Below are positions 1-8,577 of a stretch of 64,000 bases of DNA, piece by piece. Origin of the DNA: Acidobacteriota bacterium (GTDB lineage Bacteria > Acidobacteriota > UBA6911 > RPQK01 > JADFOI01). Location: the NCBI GenBank assembly GCA_963663035.1, contig OY760074.1:1696001-1760000 (forward strand), read 5' to 3'. The notes under the pieces are model-generated. The model was given only the letters and a program-made list of their open reading frames with translations. It did no database searches and had not been told where the DNA came from. The translations under genes were made by a program, and so were the position numbers. Each line of letters opens with the position of its first letter. Position 1 is the stretch's first letter.

Positions 1-107
1 CCATGCCCGCTGGCCACAATGATCTTCACCAGGTTGACCCCGACAAGTACTGGGAACACATCAACCAGCTCATTGACGCGATGGGAGATGGACAAGATTC
101 ACATTAG
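1..107 (+). CDS. 3' end of a probable alpha/beta-hydrolase (partial at window edge)
   Basis: Frame 3 reads MPAGHNDLHQVDPDKYWEHINQLIDAMGDGQDSH*; AGHND resembles the catalytic-His motif of alpha/beta hydrolases. Confidence 0.5.
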   Translation, partial: MPAGHNDLHQVDPDKYWEHINQLIDAMGDGQDSH

Positions 108-492
108 CGGGATTTCCTGCCTGGCTCACCTGGGAGTGACTCCAGCTGAACGAGAAAATCCCCAGGAGATTCTGGTCAACCTGGTTCTGTGCCTCGATCT
201 GGAAACCGCCGCCAATACAGATGAGCTGGACTCAACCGTGGACTACGTGGGGATTGTGGGGAAGGTCAAGACGACACTTCAAGAGAAACGTTTTAGCCTG
301 GTGGAGTCCTTGGCCGGCCAACTGTGCCGCTCCCTCCTGACTGATAAGAGGATTGAATCCGTTCAAGTGACGGTACGGAAGTTCCCTGAGGCTTTGCGAC
401 AAGAAGTGAACTATGTGGAAGTTGAGCTGACTCGCAGCAATCTGAAGCCCGCTCTAGACGGTAAAGGAGATCCCACAGCTGCAAGTCTTTGA
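88..492 (+). CDS. folB: Dihydroneopterin aldolase
   Basis: MDKIHISGI..HLGVTPAERENPQ, TVDY, F.LVESLA motifs; start trimmed to ATG 88. Confidence 0.92.
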   Translation: MDKIHISGISCLAHLGVTPAERENPQEILVNLVLCLDLETAANTDELDSTVDYVGIVGKVKTTLQEKRFSLVESLAGQLCRSLLTDKRIESVQVTVRKFPEALRQEVNYVEVELTRSNLKPALDGKGDPTAASL

Positions 493-780
493 GGCATTCG
501 GGTTCACGAAGGTGAAGCCTTGCTGCATGAGGGCTCCCTGCCAATCCAGCGTTACCCCTTTCAGGTAGAGATAGCTTTTCAAATCGACAAAGACCTTTGC
601 CCCATGCTCCTCAAAAACTTTATCGTCCGGCCGTTTCTCAGGCTCAAACCGCATGACATAACTCAACCCAGAACAACCTCCACCCCTGACTCCAAGGCGA
701 AGTCCGCCCTGGGGCTTGTTTTCCTGTTCGAGGCCTCTTCGAATCCTCTCTGCGGCTGTTTGAGAAATGTGAATGGACAT
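454..780 (-). CDS. iscA: Fe-S cluster assembly accessory protein (IscA/HesB family)
   Basis: LRLGVRGGGCSGLSY and C-terminal CSCGISF. Confidence 0.93.
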   Translation of the reverse strand: MSIHISQTAAERIRRGLEQENKPQGGLRLGVRGGGCSGLSYVMRFEPEKRPDDKVFEEHGAKVFVDLKSYLYLKGVTLDWQGALMQQGFTFVNPNASKTCSCGISFTV

Positions 781-811
781 GGAGCGTGCTCTCTTGTCAG
801 TAGAAACCCAA

Positions 812-1969
812 TCAATATTTGGGCATCGTCGGATCGACGTCATCAGACCAGGACAAGACGCCCCCTTTCAGATTGCGCAATTTTCGAAAACCCGCCTCGC
901 GCAGCAGCTCAATTGCCTGGGCACTTCGAGCTCCCGATCGGCAATGGACAACAATGTCACGGGCGCTATCCAGCTCGTGAATCCTGTTGAGCAGCTCATC
1001 CAGCGGAATGAGATGCGATCCATCAATTCGGCAAATTTCAAATTCCACAGGATTGCGCACGTCCAGAATGAAGAGATCCTTTCCCTGATCCAGTTCCTCC
1101 TTGAACTCCTTGGCCGTAATTTCCACAATCCCGGCAGGTGCTTGCTCTTCCTGACCAATGCCACAAAACTCCTCGTAGTCGATGAGTTCCTTGATGCTGG
1201 GATTCTCTCCGCAGACCGGGCACTTTGGGTTCTTGCGCAGCTTCAGCTCGCGGAACTTCATTCCCAGGGCATCAAAGAGAAGCAGGCGGCCGGCCAGGGA
1301 CTCCCCCTTGCCCAGTATTAGTTTAACAACTTCGGTGGCCTGGATGAGACCCACCAGTCCGGGAAGGATCCCTAAAACTCCTCCTTCGGCACAAGACGGC
1401 ACCAATCCCGGAGGAGGCGGCTCTGGGTACAGGCACCGATAGCATGGCCCGTCGGAAGTGGCAAATACGGAAGCCTGTCCTTCGAAACGGAAGATACTTC
1501 CGTAGACATTGGGCTTACCGGTTATCACACAAGCATCATTGACCAGATATCGAGTGGGAAAGTTATCGGTTCCGTCGGCAATAATGTCATAGTTCTCAAA
1601 CAGCTCTAAGGCATTGTCTGAACTCAGCCGTGTCTCGTGTGTCTCAACCTTGACATTCGGATTCAAGGCTTCAAGTTTTTCCCGTGCCGACTCGAGCTTG
1701 GGCCGACCGACGTCATGAGTGGTGTGAAGAATTTGCCGCTGCAGATTACTGAAATCCACCACGTCAAAATCCACAATCCCCAGTCTCCCTACTCCGGCAG
1801 CTGCCAGATAGAAAGCTAAAGGCGAACCCAAACCGCCCGCACCCACACACAGGACACTGCCCTGCTTTAGTTTCTTTTGCCCTCCCATCCCCACCTCCGG
1901 CATGATCAGATGCCGGCTGTAGCGTTTGATTTCTTCGTTAGAGAGCTCTTCTGAGACTGCTACTGTCAT
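812..1969 (-). CDS. moeB: MoeB/MoeZ-type adenylyltransferase (ThiF domain + rhodanese)
   Basis: RYSRHL, GAGGLG, SNLQRQ, CYRC/CPVC, rhodanese HCRSGARS. Confidence 0.93.
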   Translation of the reverse strand: MTVAVSEELSNEEIKRYSRHLIMPEVGMGGQKKLKQGSVLCVGAGGLGSPLAFYLAAAGVGRLGIVDFDVVDFSNLQRQILHTTHDVGRPKLESAREKLEALNPNVKVETHETRLSSDNALELFENYDIIADGTDNFPTRYLVNDACVITGKPNVYGSIFRFEGQASVFATSDGPCYRCLYPEPPPPGLVPSCAEGGVLGILPGLVGLIQATEVVKLILGKGESLAGRLLLFDALGMKFRELKLRKNPKCPVCGENPSIKELIDYEEFCGIGQEEQAPAGIVEITAKEFKEELDQGKDLFILDVRNPVEFEICRIDGSHLIPLDELLNRIHELDSARDIVVHCRSGARSAQAIELLREAGFRKLRNLKGGVLSWSDDVDPTMPKY

Positions 1970-2002
1970 GATGGAACTTCCAGCAATTTTCTTCCTGAAG
2001 CT

Positions 2003-2031
2003 ATTATAAGATCCGAGTTGCCAAAGAGCAA
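2003..2031 (-). promoter_or_regulatory. sigma70-type promoter of moeB
   Basis: TTGCTC-17 nt-TATAAT on the minus strand. Confidence 0.65.
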
Positions 2032-2100
2032 GGTCAGAGCGGGAAACCAGATCTCATCATTCACAAGAACTTTGGATGCAACTCTAAGTAAAAAAAGACA

Positions 2101-2934
2101 TTAGACGAAATCTACTACCACCCGGTGAGGGATCAGACCTGCCTCATGGCCCCGGTCCAGGAAGAGCTGGACCGCTTTCCTTCCGTCCTCACCGTAATCC
2201 ACGGTCCTTTCGTTCACATACATGCCCACAAACTCATCTGCCTGTTGAGGATCGAGACCACGCCTGAATTCATGAGCATAAGCCAAAGCCTCCTCCCGAT
2301 GGGAGAGAGCATAGCGAATGCTCTCCTTAATAAACCGAGAGATTCGGTCAATCTTCTCCACTCCCAAATCTCGCCGAATCACATTGCCTCCCAATGGCAG
2401 CGGTAGTTCCGTCGTCTCCATCCACCACTCTCCCAGATCCAGAATCTTGTGCAGACCATCAACTCGATAGGTCAACTGTCCTTCATGAATAATCAGTCCC
2501 GCATCTACTTCTCGGCGCTGAACCGAGGGAATGATCTGATCAAAAGGAATGACCTGGTACTGGAAGTCCGACTGAAACAGTTTGAGTGCCAGAAAAGCGG
2601 ATGTCCGCTGGCCGGGAATTCCGATGAGGCGCTGAGGGAGTTCCTCGGTTGGAAAAGGAAGGCTGCTGACCAAAATCGGCCCATATCCCTCGCCCATACT
2701 GGCTCCGCTGCTCAGTAGCGCATAACGCTCTTGAAGGTAGGCGTAAGCATGAATGCTGACAGCCGTCACCTCATATCGGCCTGCCAGGGCAGCTTCGTTT
2801 AGTGTCTCGATATCCGCCAGCTGGTGAATGAACTCAAACTCTCCTGTCTCTATTTTCCCCTTGCTCAGGGCATAGAACATAAAGGCGTCATCGCTGTCCG
2901 GGCTATGGGCTATGCAAATAGTTTTTTTGGGCAT
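2101..2934 (-). CDS. mqnD: 1,4-dihydroxy-6-naphthoate synthase, MqnD-like (futalosine menaquinone pathway)
   Basis: IAHSPDSDDAFMFYAL, GLIIHEGQLTY, LPLPLGG, MYVN. Confidence 0.85.
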   Translation of the reverse strand: MPKKTICIAHSPDSDDAFMFYALSKGKIETGEFEFIHQLADIETLNEAALAGRYEVTAVSIHAYAYLQERYALLSSGASMGEGYGPILVSSLPFPTEELPQRLIGIPGQRTSAFLALKLFQSDFQYQVIPFDQIIPSVQRREVDAGLIIHEGQLTYRVDGLHKILDLGEWWMETTELPLPLGGNVIRRDLGVEKIDRISRFIKESIRYALSHREEALAYAHEFRRGLDPQQADEFVGMYVNERTVDYGEDGRKAVQLFLDRGHEAGLIPHRVVVDFV

Positions 2935-2973
2935 CGTTTCAAATCTGACTCCTCTTTTCCTACAATAGTCATC

Positions 2974-3615
2974 ATGATGAAGAACGACTCCATACTCATC
3001 GAAAGACATGCGGTAGAGCCGTTTTTTAAAAACGGCTACATTGTATCCTGTTCAGAAACTCTTCAGGGAATTTATCTTGATCCTGGAGACGAGGCTCCCC
3101 AGCTGCTGCAGCGGGTGGAGGAGATGAGTGTCCAACTCGTCGCGATCGTCAATACGCATGCCCACATCGATCATATTTCCGGGGTCGGGCTGGTGAAAGG
3201 AAAATGGGATGTTCCGATCTATCTCCATCCTGAAGATGAGACGCTTTACCAAAACTTACCCATCCAGGCTGAAAGATTTGGACTTCAATATCCTCCTGCC
3301 CCCCCCATAGACCACTACCTCGAGGAAGGCCAGGAATTACAGGTCGGTCATTTGGGCCTGAAGGTTTATCACACTCCCGGACACTCCCCCGGAAGCGTTA
3401 GCTTGGAGGTTGAGGAGCATGTCTTCTGTGGAGATGTTATCTTCGCCGGATCCATCGGTCGCACCGACCTCCCCGGGGGCCGCTATGAAACGCTCATGGA
3501 AAGCATCCACAGGAAGGTGCTTCCCCTGGGAGATGAGAAAATTCTTTATCCAGGCCATGGTCCGGAAACCACCATCGGCAAGGAACGAGAAACCAATCCC
3601 TTCCTGGCCACCTAG
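2974..3615 (+). CDS. MBL-fold metallo-hydrolase (glyoxalase II-like)
   Basis: THAHIDH, TPGHSPG, GDVIF.GSIGRTD, YPGHG. Confidence 0.9.
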   Translation: MMKNDSILIERHAVEPFFKNGYIVSCSETLQGIYLDPGDEAPQLLQRVEEMSVQLVAIVNTHAHIDHISGVGLVKGKWDVPIYLHPEDETLYQNLPIQAERFGLQYPPAPPIDHYLEEGQELQVGHLGLKVYHTPGHSPGSVSLEVEEHVFCGDVIFAGSIGRTDLPGGRYETLMESIHRKVLPLGDEKILYPGHGPETTIGKERETNPFLAT

Positions 3616-3926
3616 CCCGGCGGTACTTCCAGTCGGTATCCGATCCCTCGAACGGTGCGGATAAAGTACCCGGCCCGGCCAAGCTTTCGCCGAAGCCGCT
3701 GAATGTGGGTGTCAACAGTGCGTGACGTCCCTCGATAAGTTTCATCCCAGGCCGTTGTCAAAAGCATAGCTCGACTTAGAGTGGTCCCCCCATTTCTCAA
3801 GAAGCAGGCCAACAGATTAAATTCTGTAGTAGTCAGGTTGATCTTCCTTCTCCCGACGAAGGCCTGACAGGTCTCTGTGTGGAGAAAAATGGGAGCTTCC
3901 TTGAGAACTTCTGGTGGCCTAACCAT
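3612..3926 (-). CDS. Stand-alone OmpR/PhoB-type winged-helix DNA-binding protein (no receiver domain)
   Basis: LTTTEFNLL, SRTVDTHIQRLRRKL, IRTVRGIGY; GGAGG SD before ATG 3926. Confidence 0.85.
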   Translation of the reverse strand: MVRPPEVLKEAPIFLHTETCQAFVGRRKINLTTTEFNLLACFLRNGGTTLSRAMLLTTAWDETYRGTSRTVDTHIQRLRRKLGRAGYFIRTVRGIGYRLEVPPG

Positions 3927-4178
3927 CTGCCGGCCCTCCAGAGAACGAACTAGAACTACTCGAGCTTGTGAAGTGGGAAAAAGTGGAACCCAAAATGATC
4001 ATTGTACCCCCCTTAGCCAGCTTGGCCTTTGGAAAACGAAAACCCCCTCTCCGGCCTCAATGCAAATTACATGCCATCCCTTTTCAGAGCACATGTGGGG
4101 GTAAAAGTTTTCCACAACCTAATATGTTGAAGGCTAGCTGAGGGACCACATCTGCCGCCCGTGGAAGTGCTTCGCAGG

Positions 4179-4356
4179 CGTAAACGCGTGTTGACACTGT
4201 TTCCCATCGTGTCCTCCTGTAACACAGTCACAGCACAGCATAGCTCATGGATCTGGACAGTGACAACGGAGGTTGACACAGCTTTTCGGAATTCTGCTGC
4301 ACCCAGCATAGTTACTGGACAGGCAGCGGGTTCTGGCCTGTCAACAGGAGTTGACA
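4179..4356. promoter_or_regulatory. Three palindromic operator-like sites, consensus TGTCAAC-N4-GTTGACA
   Basis: 4179-4196 CGTAAAC-GCGT-GTTGACA; 4261-4278 TGACAAC-GGAG-GTTGACA; 4339-4356 TGTCAAC-AGGA-GTTGACA (perfect); spacing 82 and 78 nt. Confidence 0.65.
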
Positions 4357-4440
4357 TTGATTTTGGAGAGAGTTCGAGGGCAGTCCCCGTACTCTCAAAC
4401 TCTCTCGAAAAAATGGAAGAATTCAGGAAAGAATTCCCTA

Positions 4441-4469
4441 TTGACTTGTCCCAAAATTCATCCTATGAT
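4441..4469 (+). promoter_or_regulatory. sigma70-type promoter of the HTH/B12-like regulator
   Basis: TTGACT-17 nt-TATGAT. Confidence 0.7.
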
Positions 4470-4538
4470 CGGCATCCCACGGAGGGATGGATCAGTCAGC
4501 GTGAGGCTTCATTTCTTCACACTATTCCTGACGGAAGC

Positions 4539-5408
4539 ATGACGATCAAGCGGACCTTTTCGACTCGTGAAGTGGCTCAAATGTGGAACGTGAGCGAGTC
4601 GACAATCAAACGATGGGCCGACTCCGGTGGGCTTTGCTGCCTCCGAACTCCCGGCGGACATAGAAGATTTCATCTCGAAGACATTTCTGACTTTCAGACG
4701 ACGCGCGGTTTTGAAGCAACGGGTTTTCTGACCACCGAGAAGTGGGAAGAGCCGGAAATCGAGGAGTCGCTGAACCGAAAACAATTCGACAAGGTCTGCC
4801 AGCTGATTTTTTATCTGGCCACTCAAAACCAGCGCAGACGCGTCAAGGACTTACTGGAGCGCCTTTATATTCGAGGCATGGGGATCGTTGAACTCTACGA
4901 CGACGTCCTGCTTCCGGTTGTCCAGAATTCTCACCAGGCATTGGCCACTGGAAATCTGACTTTTGGCCAGGAAAGACTCGTCAGGAACAACCTCGATGAA
5001 GCCATGTCTCTCTTGTTCCCTCAACTCATCTGCCGCCGGAAAAGTGGAAAGACAGGGCTCTGTGCGGCGCCTGATGAATTCTGCAGGATTCACGTGAATG
5101 CCATCTCCCGAATTCTGGAGACCGAAGGTTGGGAGTGCCTGAATCTGGGCGGTAACATTCCTTTTGAAGCAATGGCGGAAATGGTGGAGCAGGAACCGGT
5201 GAATCTGGTCTGTGTCGTGTCCTCGAATCCACAGCGGCCCCTGGAAAAGAGTTTTGAGGTTCTTTCCGAGGCGGCCAACAACTACCGAATTCCCATCGTC
5301 TTGACGGGTCCTGGCTTCGCCGAGCCCGAGATTCGCCTGCAGTTTCCCCACGAAGAATATTCTCCAGACTTCCGCTCTTTCCAAGGCTACGTCGCTCGCC
5401 TTAGTTAA
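4539..5408 (+). CDS. Transcription regulator: excisionase/MerR-like HTH + cobalamin-binding-like domain (CarH/LitR-like architecture)
   Basis: FSTREVAQMWNVSESTIKRWAD..RTPGGHRRF; C-terminal Rossmann-like ...LETEGWECLNLGGNIP...IPIVLTGPGF. Confidence 0.8.
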   Translation: MTIKRTFSTREVAQMWNVSESTIKRWADSGGLCCLRTPGGHRRFHLEDISDFQTTRGFEATGFLTTEKWEEPEIEESLNRKQFDKVCQLIFYLATQNQRRRVKDLLERLYIRGMGIVELYDDVLLPVVQNSHQALATGNLTFGQERLVRNNLDEAMSLLFPQLICRRKSGKTGLCAAPDEFCRIHVNAISRILETEGWECLNLGGNIPFEAMAEMVEQEPVNLVCVVSSNPQRPLEKSFEVLSEAANNYRIPIVLTGPGFAEPEIRLQFPHEEYSPDFRSFQGYVARLS

Positions 5409-5410
5409 GC

Positions 5411-6328
5411 CTAACCCCTGAAAAGATTCTTGAGAAGGAAGAGAAGATTGGCCGGACGTTCGGCCAGACGCCGCAAAAAGTAAGGCGCCCACTGAGTCCC
5501 GAAGGGTATATAGACTCGCATCTTGCACCCTTGCTGGGCAAGCTGCTTCTCATATTCACGCCCAATCCCATAGATCCTCTGATGCTCAAACTGGTCAGGC
5601 GGGACACCCTGCTGGGCAGCGAAGCGAAGGCCATGCTCGATCATCTCACGGTGGTGGGTGGCGATGGCCGTATAGGACGGGGAGAGCAGGAGCATCTCCA
5701 TGAGTTTGACGAAGTTTCGATCCACGTCCCTCTTTTTGGGAAAAGCAATATCAGAGGGTTCCATATAGGCTCCCTTACACAATCGGATATTACATTGGAG
5801 TGCACTGAGCTTGCGCACATCTTCTTCGCTGCGATACAGGTAGGCTTGGATAACCGTGCCCACATGATTGCTGTAAAGGGCAAAGTGCTCTTGAAACAGA
5901 TGGATGGTGTCCTGGGTGTAACGAGAACCCTCCATATCAATTCGTACAAAATTGTTGAGTTCATGAGCCCTCTGGAGAATAGTCTTCAAATGCCCCGCAC
6001 AGACTTCCCTACTGATCCCCAGGCCCAATTGAGTAAGCTTGATGGAAATGTTTGACTGCACCTGACTGGTGTGGACGCCTTGGAGCAGAGCAAGGTAAGA
6101 GGAAGTTGCACGTTCTGCTTCTCTCTCGTTACCAACCTCCTCTCCCAGCAGATTGAGAGTGGCCAGTATTCCCCGGCTGTTCAGCGCCTGGACTACGCTC
6201 ATGGCCTCATCCATGCTTTCCCCTGCCACAAAACGCCTGGCCAGACCCGAACGCTTCCCCACGCGGGCAATGAAGTGCATCAAAGTCTCGCTTTTGGCAA
6301 TCTTGAGAATCAGGGCCCGAAACAACAT
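5411..6328 (-). CDS. Monofunctional proline dehydrogenase
   Basis: RFVAGE, SIKLTQLG, RIDME, QAYLYR, RLCKGAY, YIPFG, RRLAERP. Confidence 0.93.
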   Translation of the reverse strand: MLFRALILKIAKSETLMHFIARVGKRSGLARRFVAGESMDEAMSVVQALNSRGILATLNLLGEEVGNEREAERATSSYLALLQGVHTSQVQSNISIKLTQLGLGISREVCAGHLKTILQRAHELNNFVRIDMEGSRYTQDTIHLFQEHFALYSNHVGTVIQAYLYRSEEDVRKLSALQCNIRLCKGAYMEPSDIAFPKKRDVDRNFVKLMEMLLLSPSYTAIATHHREMIEHGLRFAAQQGVPPDQFEHQRIYGIGREYEKQLAQQGCKMRVYIPFGTQWAPYFLRRLAERPANLLFLLKNLFRG

Positions 6329-6337
6329 GGCGAAAAA

Positions 6338-6662
6338 AAGGAGTCAGGAGGTAGGAGACAGGAGGCAGGAGTCGGAAGAAAGAAGACAGGAGTTAAAATT
6401 TTCTAAAAAATCCCTATAGATCCAGGTGATCCATGATTCTATCTCCTACCTCCTGTCTCCTATCTCCTGCCTCCTGACTCCTACCTCCTACCTCCTGCCT
6501 CCTGTCTCCTACCTCCTGTCTCCTATCTCCTGCCTCCTGACTCCTACCTCCTACCTCCTGCCTCCTGTCTCCTACCTCCTGCCTCCTGTCTCCTCCTGTC
6601 TCCTACCTCCTGCCTCCTGACTCCTATCTCCTGCCTCCTGACTCCTATCTCCTGCCTCCTAT
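6338..6662. repeat. Heptamer tandem arrays (CTCCT-NN units) in inverted arrangement
   Basis: Purine-rich array at about 6338-6392 and a complementary array of about 30 units at about 6440-6662. Confidence 0.9.
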
Positions 6663-6665
6663 TTG

Positions 6666-7655
6666 TCAACGCAGTGCTCTCACTAATTTCTGGTACAGAT
6701 CAACTGCCTCGAGAAGCTCCTTCTTGGAGATTTTTTCATCCGCCGTGTGGGCCTCCCAGATCGAGCCCGGTCCAAACAGAAGCGGCTTTCCCAGCGTCCG
6801 TAGGACAGGAATATCCGTTCCATAACCAACCCCCTTGGTGGGAAAACCCTCCACGGTTACCATCTCTTGAGGTTCACTGGTTTTTAACACCTCCAGCTGA
6901 GCCCTGTTGCCGACTGCCTCATTCAGGAGCCTCAGGTAGAGTTTGCTGTCAGAAACCGTCCGGATGAGAATCTCGGCTTCTGCATAATCTGGTACCACAT
7001 TGGCGGCACTGCCGCCCTTAATCTTTCCAACATTGAGATGGCTTCGTCCCAGGCGGGTGTGGGAGGGAAAAGCGATCTCATTGAAACTGTTCAAGACAGC
7101 GATGAGCTTCTCTATGGCCGAGTCTCCCCTTTCCGGATAAGCGGAGTGGGCCGCCACACCCTCTACACACACCCGAGCAGAGACAATCCCTTTGTGGCAA
7201 ATGACCAGTTCATTGTCGGTGGGTTCCCCATTGATAAAAAAGGAGCAATCCAGATCCAACTCCCGCGCCTTGGCAGCGCCGATGCTGTCGGTCTCCTCTC
7301 CAACCACAAAGAGCAACCCGAGATCGGAGAAGCCCTCCTGGAGCAAGGCCTCCGCGGCACAGATCATAGCCGCAGCTATCCCCTTTGCGTCACAGGCGCC
7401 CCGACCGTACACAAACTCCTTCGCATCCCGGGAAGGGAAAAAAGGAGGTACGGTGTCCATGTGGGTGGTGAGGAGGATCGACGCTTGGCCCCGGGTGGCC
7501 AGAACGTTAAACCGATCAGAGGTCACTTCTTGCTTGAGACAGTCCCAACCTTGTGTTTCCAAAAGATCGTAGAGGAATTCTCCAACCTCTTTCTCCTCTC
7601 CAGTAACAGAGGGAACATCCACGAGTTGTCGAGTGAGGTCAATCACGTTGAGCAT
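6666..7655 (-). CDS. M20 family peptidase/deacylase (ArgE/DapE-like)
   Basis: THMDTVP, GRGACDAKG, GEE, GEPT, AHSAYP, AHTADE. Confidence 0.9.
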   Translation of the reverse strand: MLNVIDLTRQLVDVPSVTGEEKEVGEFLYDLLETQGWDCLKQEVTSDRFNVLATRGQASILLTTHMDTVPPFFPSRDAKEFVYGRGACDAKGIAAAMICAAEALLQEGFSDLGLLFVVGEETDSIGAAKARELDLDCSFFINGEPTDNELVICHKGIVSARVCVEGVAAHSAYPERGDSAIEKLIAVLNSFNEIAFPSHTRLGRSHLNVGKIKGGSAANVVPDYAEAEILIRTVSDSKLYLRLLNEAVGNRAQLEVLKTSEPQEMVTVEGFPTKGVGYGTDIPVLRTLGKPLLFGPGSIWEAHTADEKISKKELLEAVDLYQKLVRALR

Positions 7656-7668
7656 GGCGATCCAGGTG

Positions 7669-8037
7669 TCAGCTTTTCTCGTGCTTCGCCCGTACAATTG
7701 TCTTGATTCCGCCACGCCTATTGAAGTCGCCAATGACTTCGCAGCGAATCGGATCACAGGCGCTGACGATATCATCCAAAATGGCGTTGGTCACATGCTC
7801 GTGAAAGATTCCTTGATCACGGTAGGAATGCATATAAAGTTTCAAGGACTTCAACTCGATGATCTTCTGATCAGGGACATATTTGATATGGATGGTCCCA
7901 AAATCAGGTTGTCCGGTTCTGGGACAAACTGCGGTGAATTCCGGGCATTCGATATCGATATCATACTCCCGACCCGCATACTGATTGGGGACAGTCTCTA
8001 ATTTGGAGGACACTTTCTGGGCTCTTGTGATCGTCAA
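7669..8037 (-). CDS. queF: PreQ1 synthase (nitrile reductase, type I)
   Basis: PEFTAVCPRTGQPDF, ELKSLKLY, FHE, RGGI. Confidence 0.95.
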   Translation of the reverse strand: MTITRAQKVSSKLETVPNQYAGREYDIDIECPEFTAVCPRTGQPDFGTIHIKYVPDQKIIELKSLKLYMHSYRDQGIFHEHVTNAILDDIVSACDPIRCEVIGDFNRRGGIKTIVRAKHEKS

Positions 8038-8498
8038 TTCACGGAGTGCAGCACACCCCTCATTGTCATGTAGTGTCCGAGGTAAGTGCAGATGTAGGAG
8101 TAGTCTCCCGGTGGCGGAACCGTGAACACCACCTCTGCTCGCTCGCCTGCAGCGACCATGGCAGTGTAGGCCAGAATGACGTCGCTCTCGGGAATGAAGT
8201 CTTGATCCCTGGGAGCGTTGATTGCTGCAATTCCAACTTCTCCAATTGTAGTCTCGTCCTCAGGCCCCACATTCAAGAGCACCACATTGTGACGCATCGC
8301 CGGGTTGGTAGCCGTATTGTCAAACACCAGCTTGAGACGGGAGCCCGCCGTGGCCGTAATCTCCTCGAGGTCGAAGACGGCCATGTTGCCCACCGGCTTG
8401 ATGATCACCTCTTGCGGCTCCGACTGCGCCTGAATTCCGTAACCTCCGACCAAAACAAAAAAGCAAAGCACTAGAACAGCTGCATACCTATTTTTCAT
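8034..8498 (-). CDS. Exported azurin/auracyanin-like type-1 blue copper protein
   Basis: Signal peptide; MRHN and YICTYLGHYMTM (His/Cys/His/Met ligands). Confidence 0.88.
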   Translation of the reverse strand: MKNRYAAVLVLCFFVLVGGYGIQAQSEPQEVIIKPVGNMAVFDLEEITATAGSRLKLVFDNTATNPAMRHNVVLLNVGPEDETTIGEVGIAAINAPRDQDFIPESDVILAYTAMVAAGERAEVVFTVPPPGDYSYICTYLGHYMTMRGVLHSVN

Positions 8499-8577
8499 GA
8501 GTCCTCCCTCGAAATTATTTTCCAAAAAAGCATATCATATCTTCCTCTTTCCACTTGAACTCCCTTGCTTCCGACGG

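Noticed and set aside
454-1969. moeB-iscA as a ubiquitin-like or defence system
   Set aside because: Canonical MoeZ architecture; no sulfur carrier, JAB or E2 gene is adjacent
4108-4116. DnaA box TTTTCCACA as oriC
   Set aside because: Single box, no unwinding element or dnaA context
4179-4356. Mini CRISPR array
   Set aside because: Repeats are only 18 nt and degenerate, the intervals share sequence, and there are no cas genes
4161-4538. 126-codon N-terminal extension of the regulator and antisense ORF 4067-4357
   Set aside because: They span the palindromes and a clear promoter; the recognisable domain starts at ATG 4539
6071-6620. ORFs 6071-6406, 6153-6419 and 6426-6620, and similar ORFs at 11636-11979 and 20570-20846
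   Set aside because: Translations of heptamer arrays or antisense overlaps
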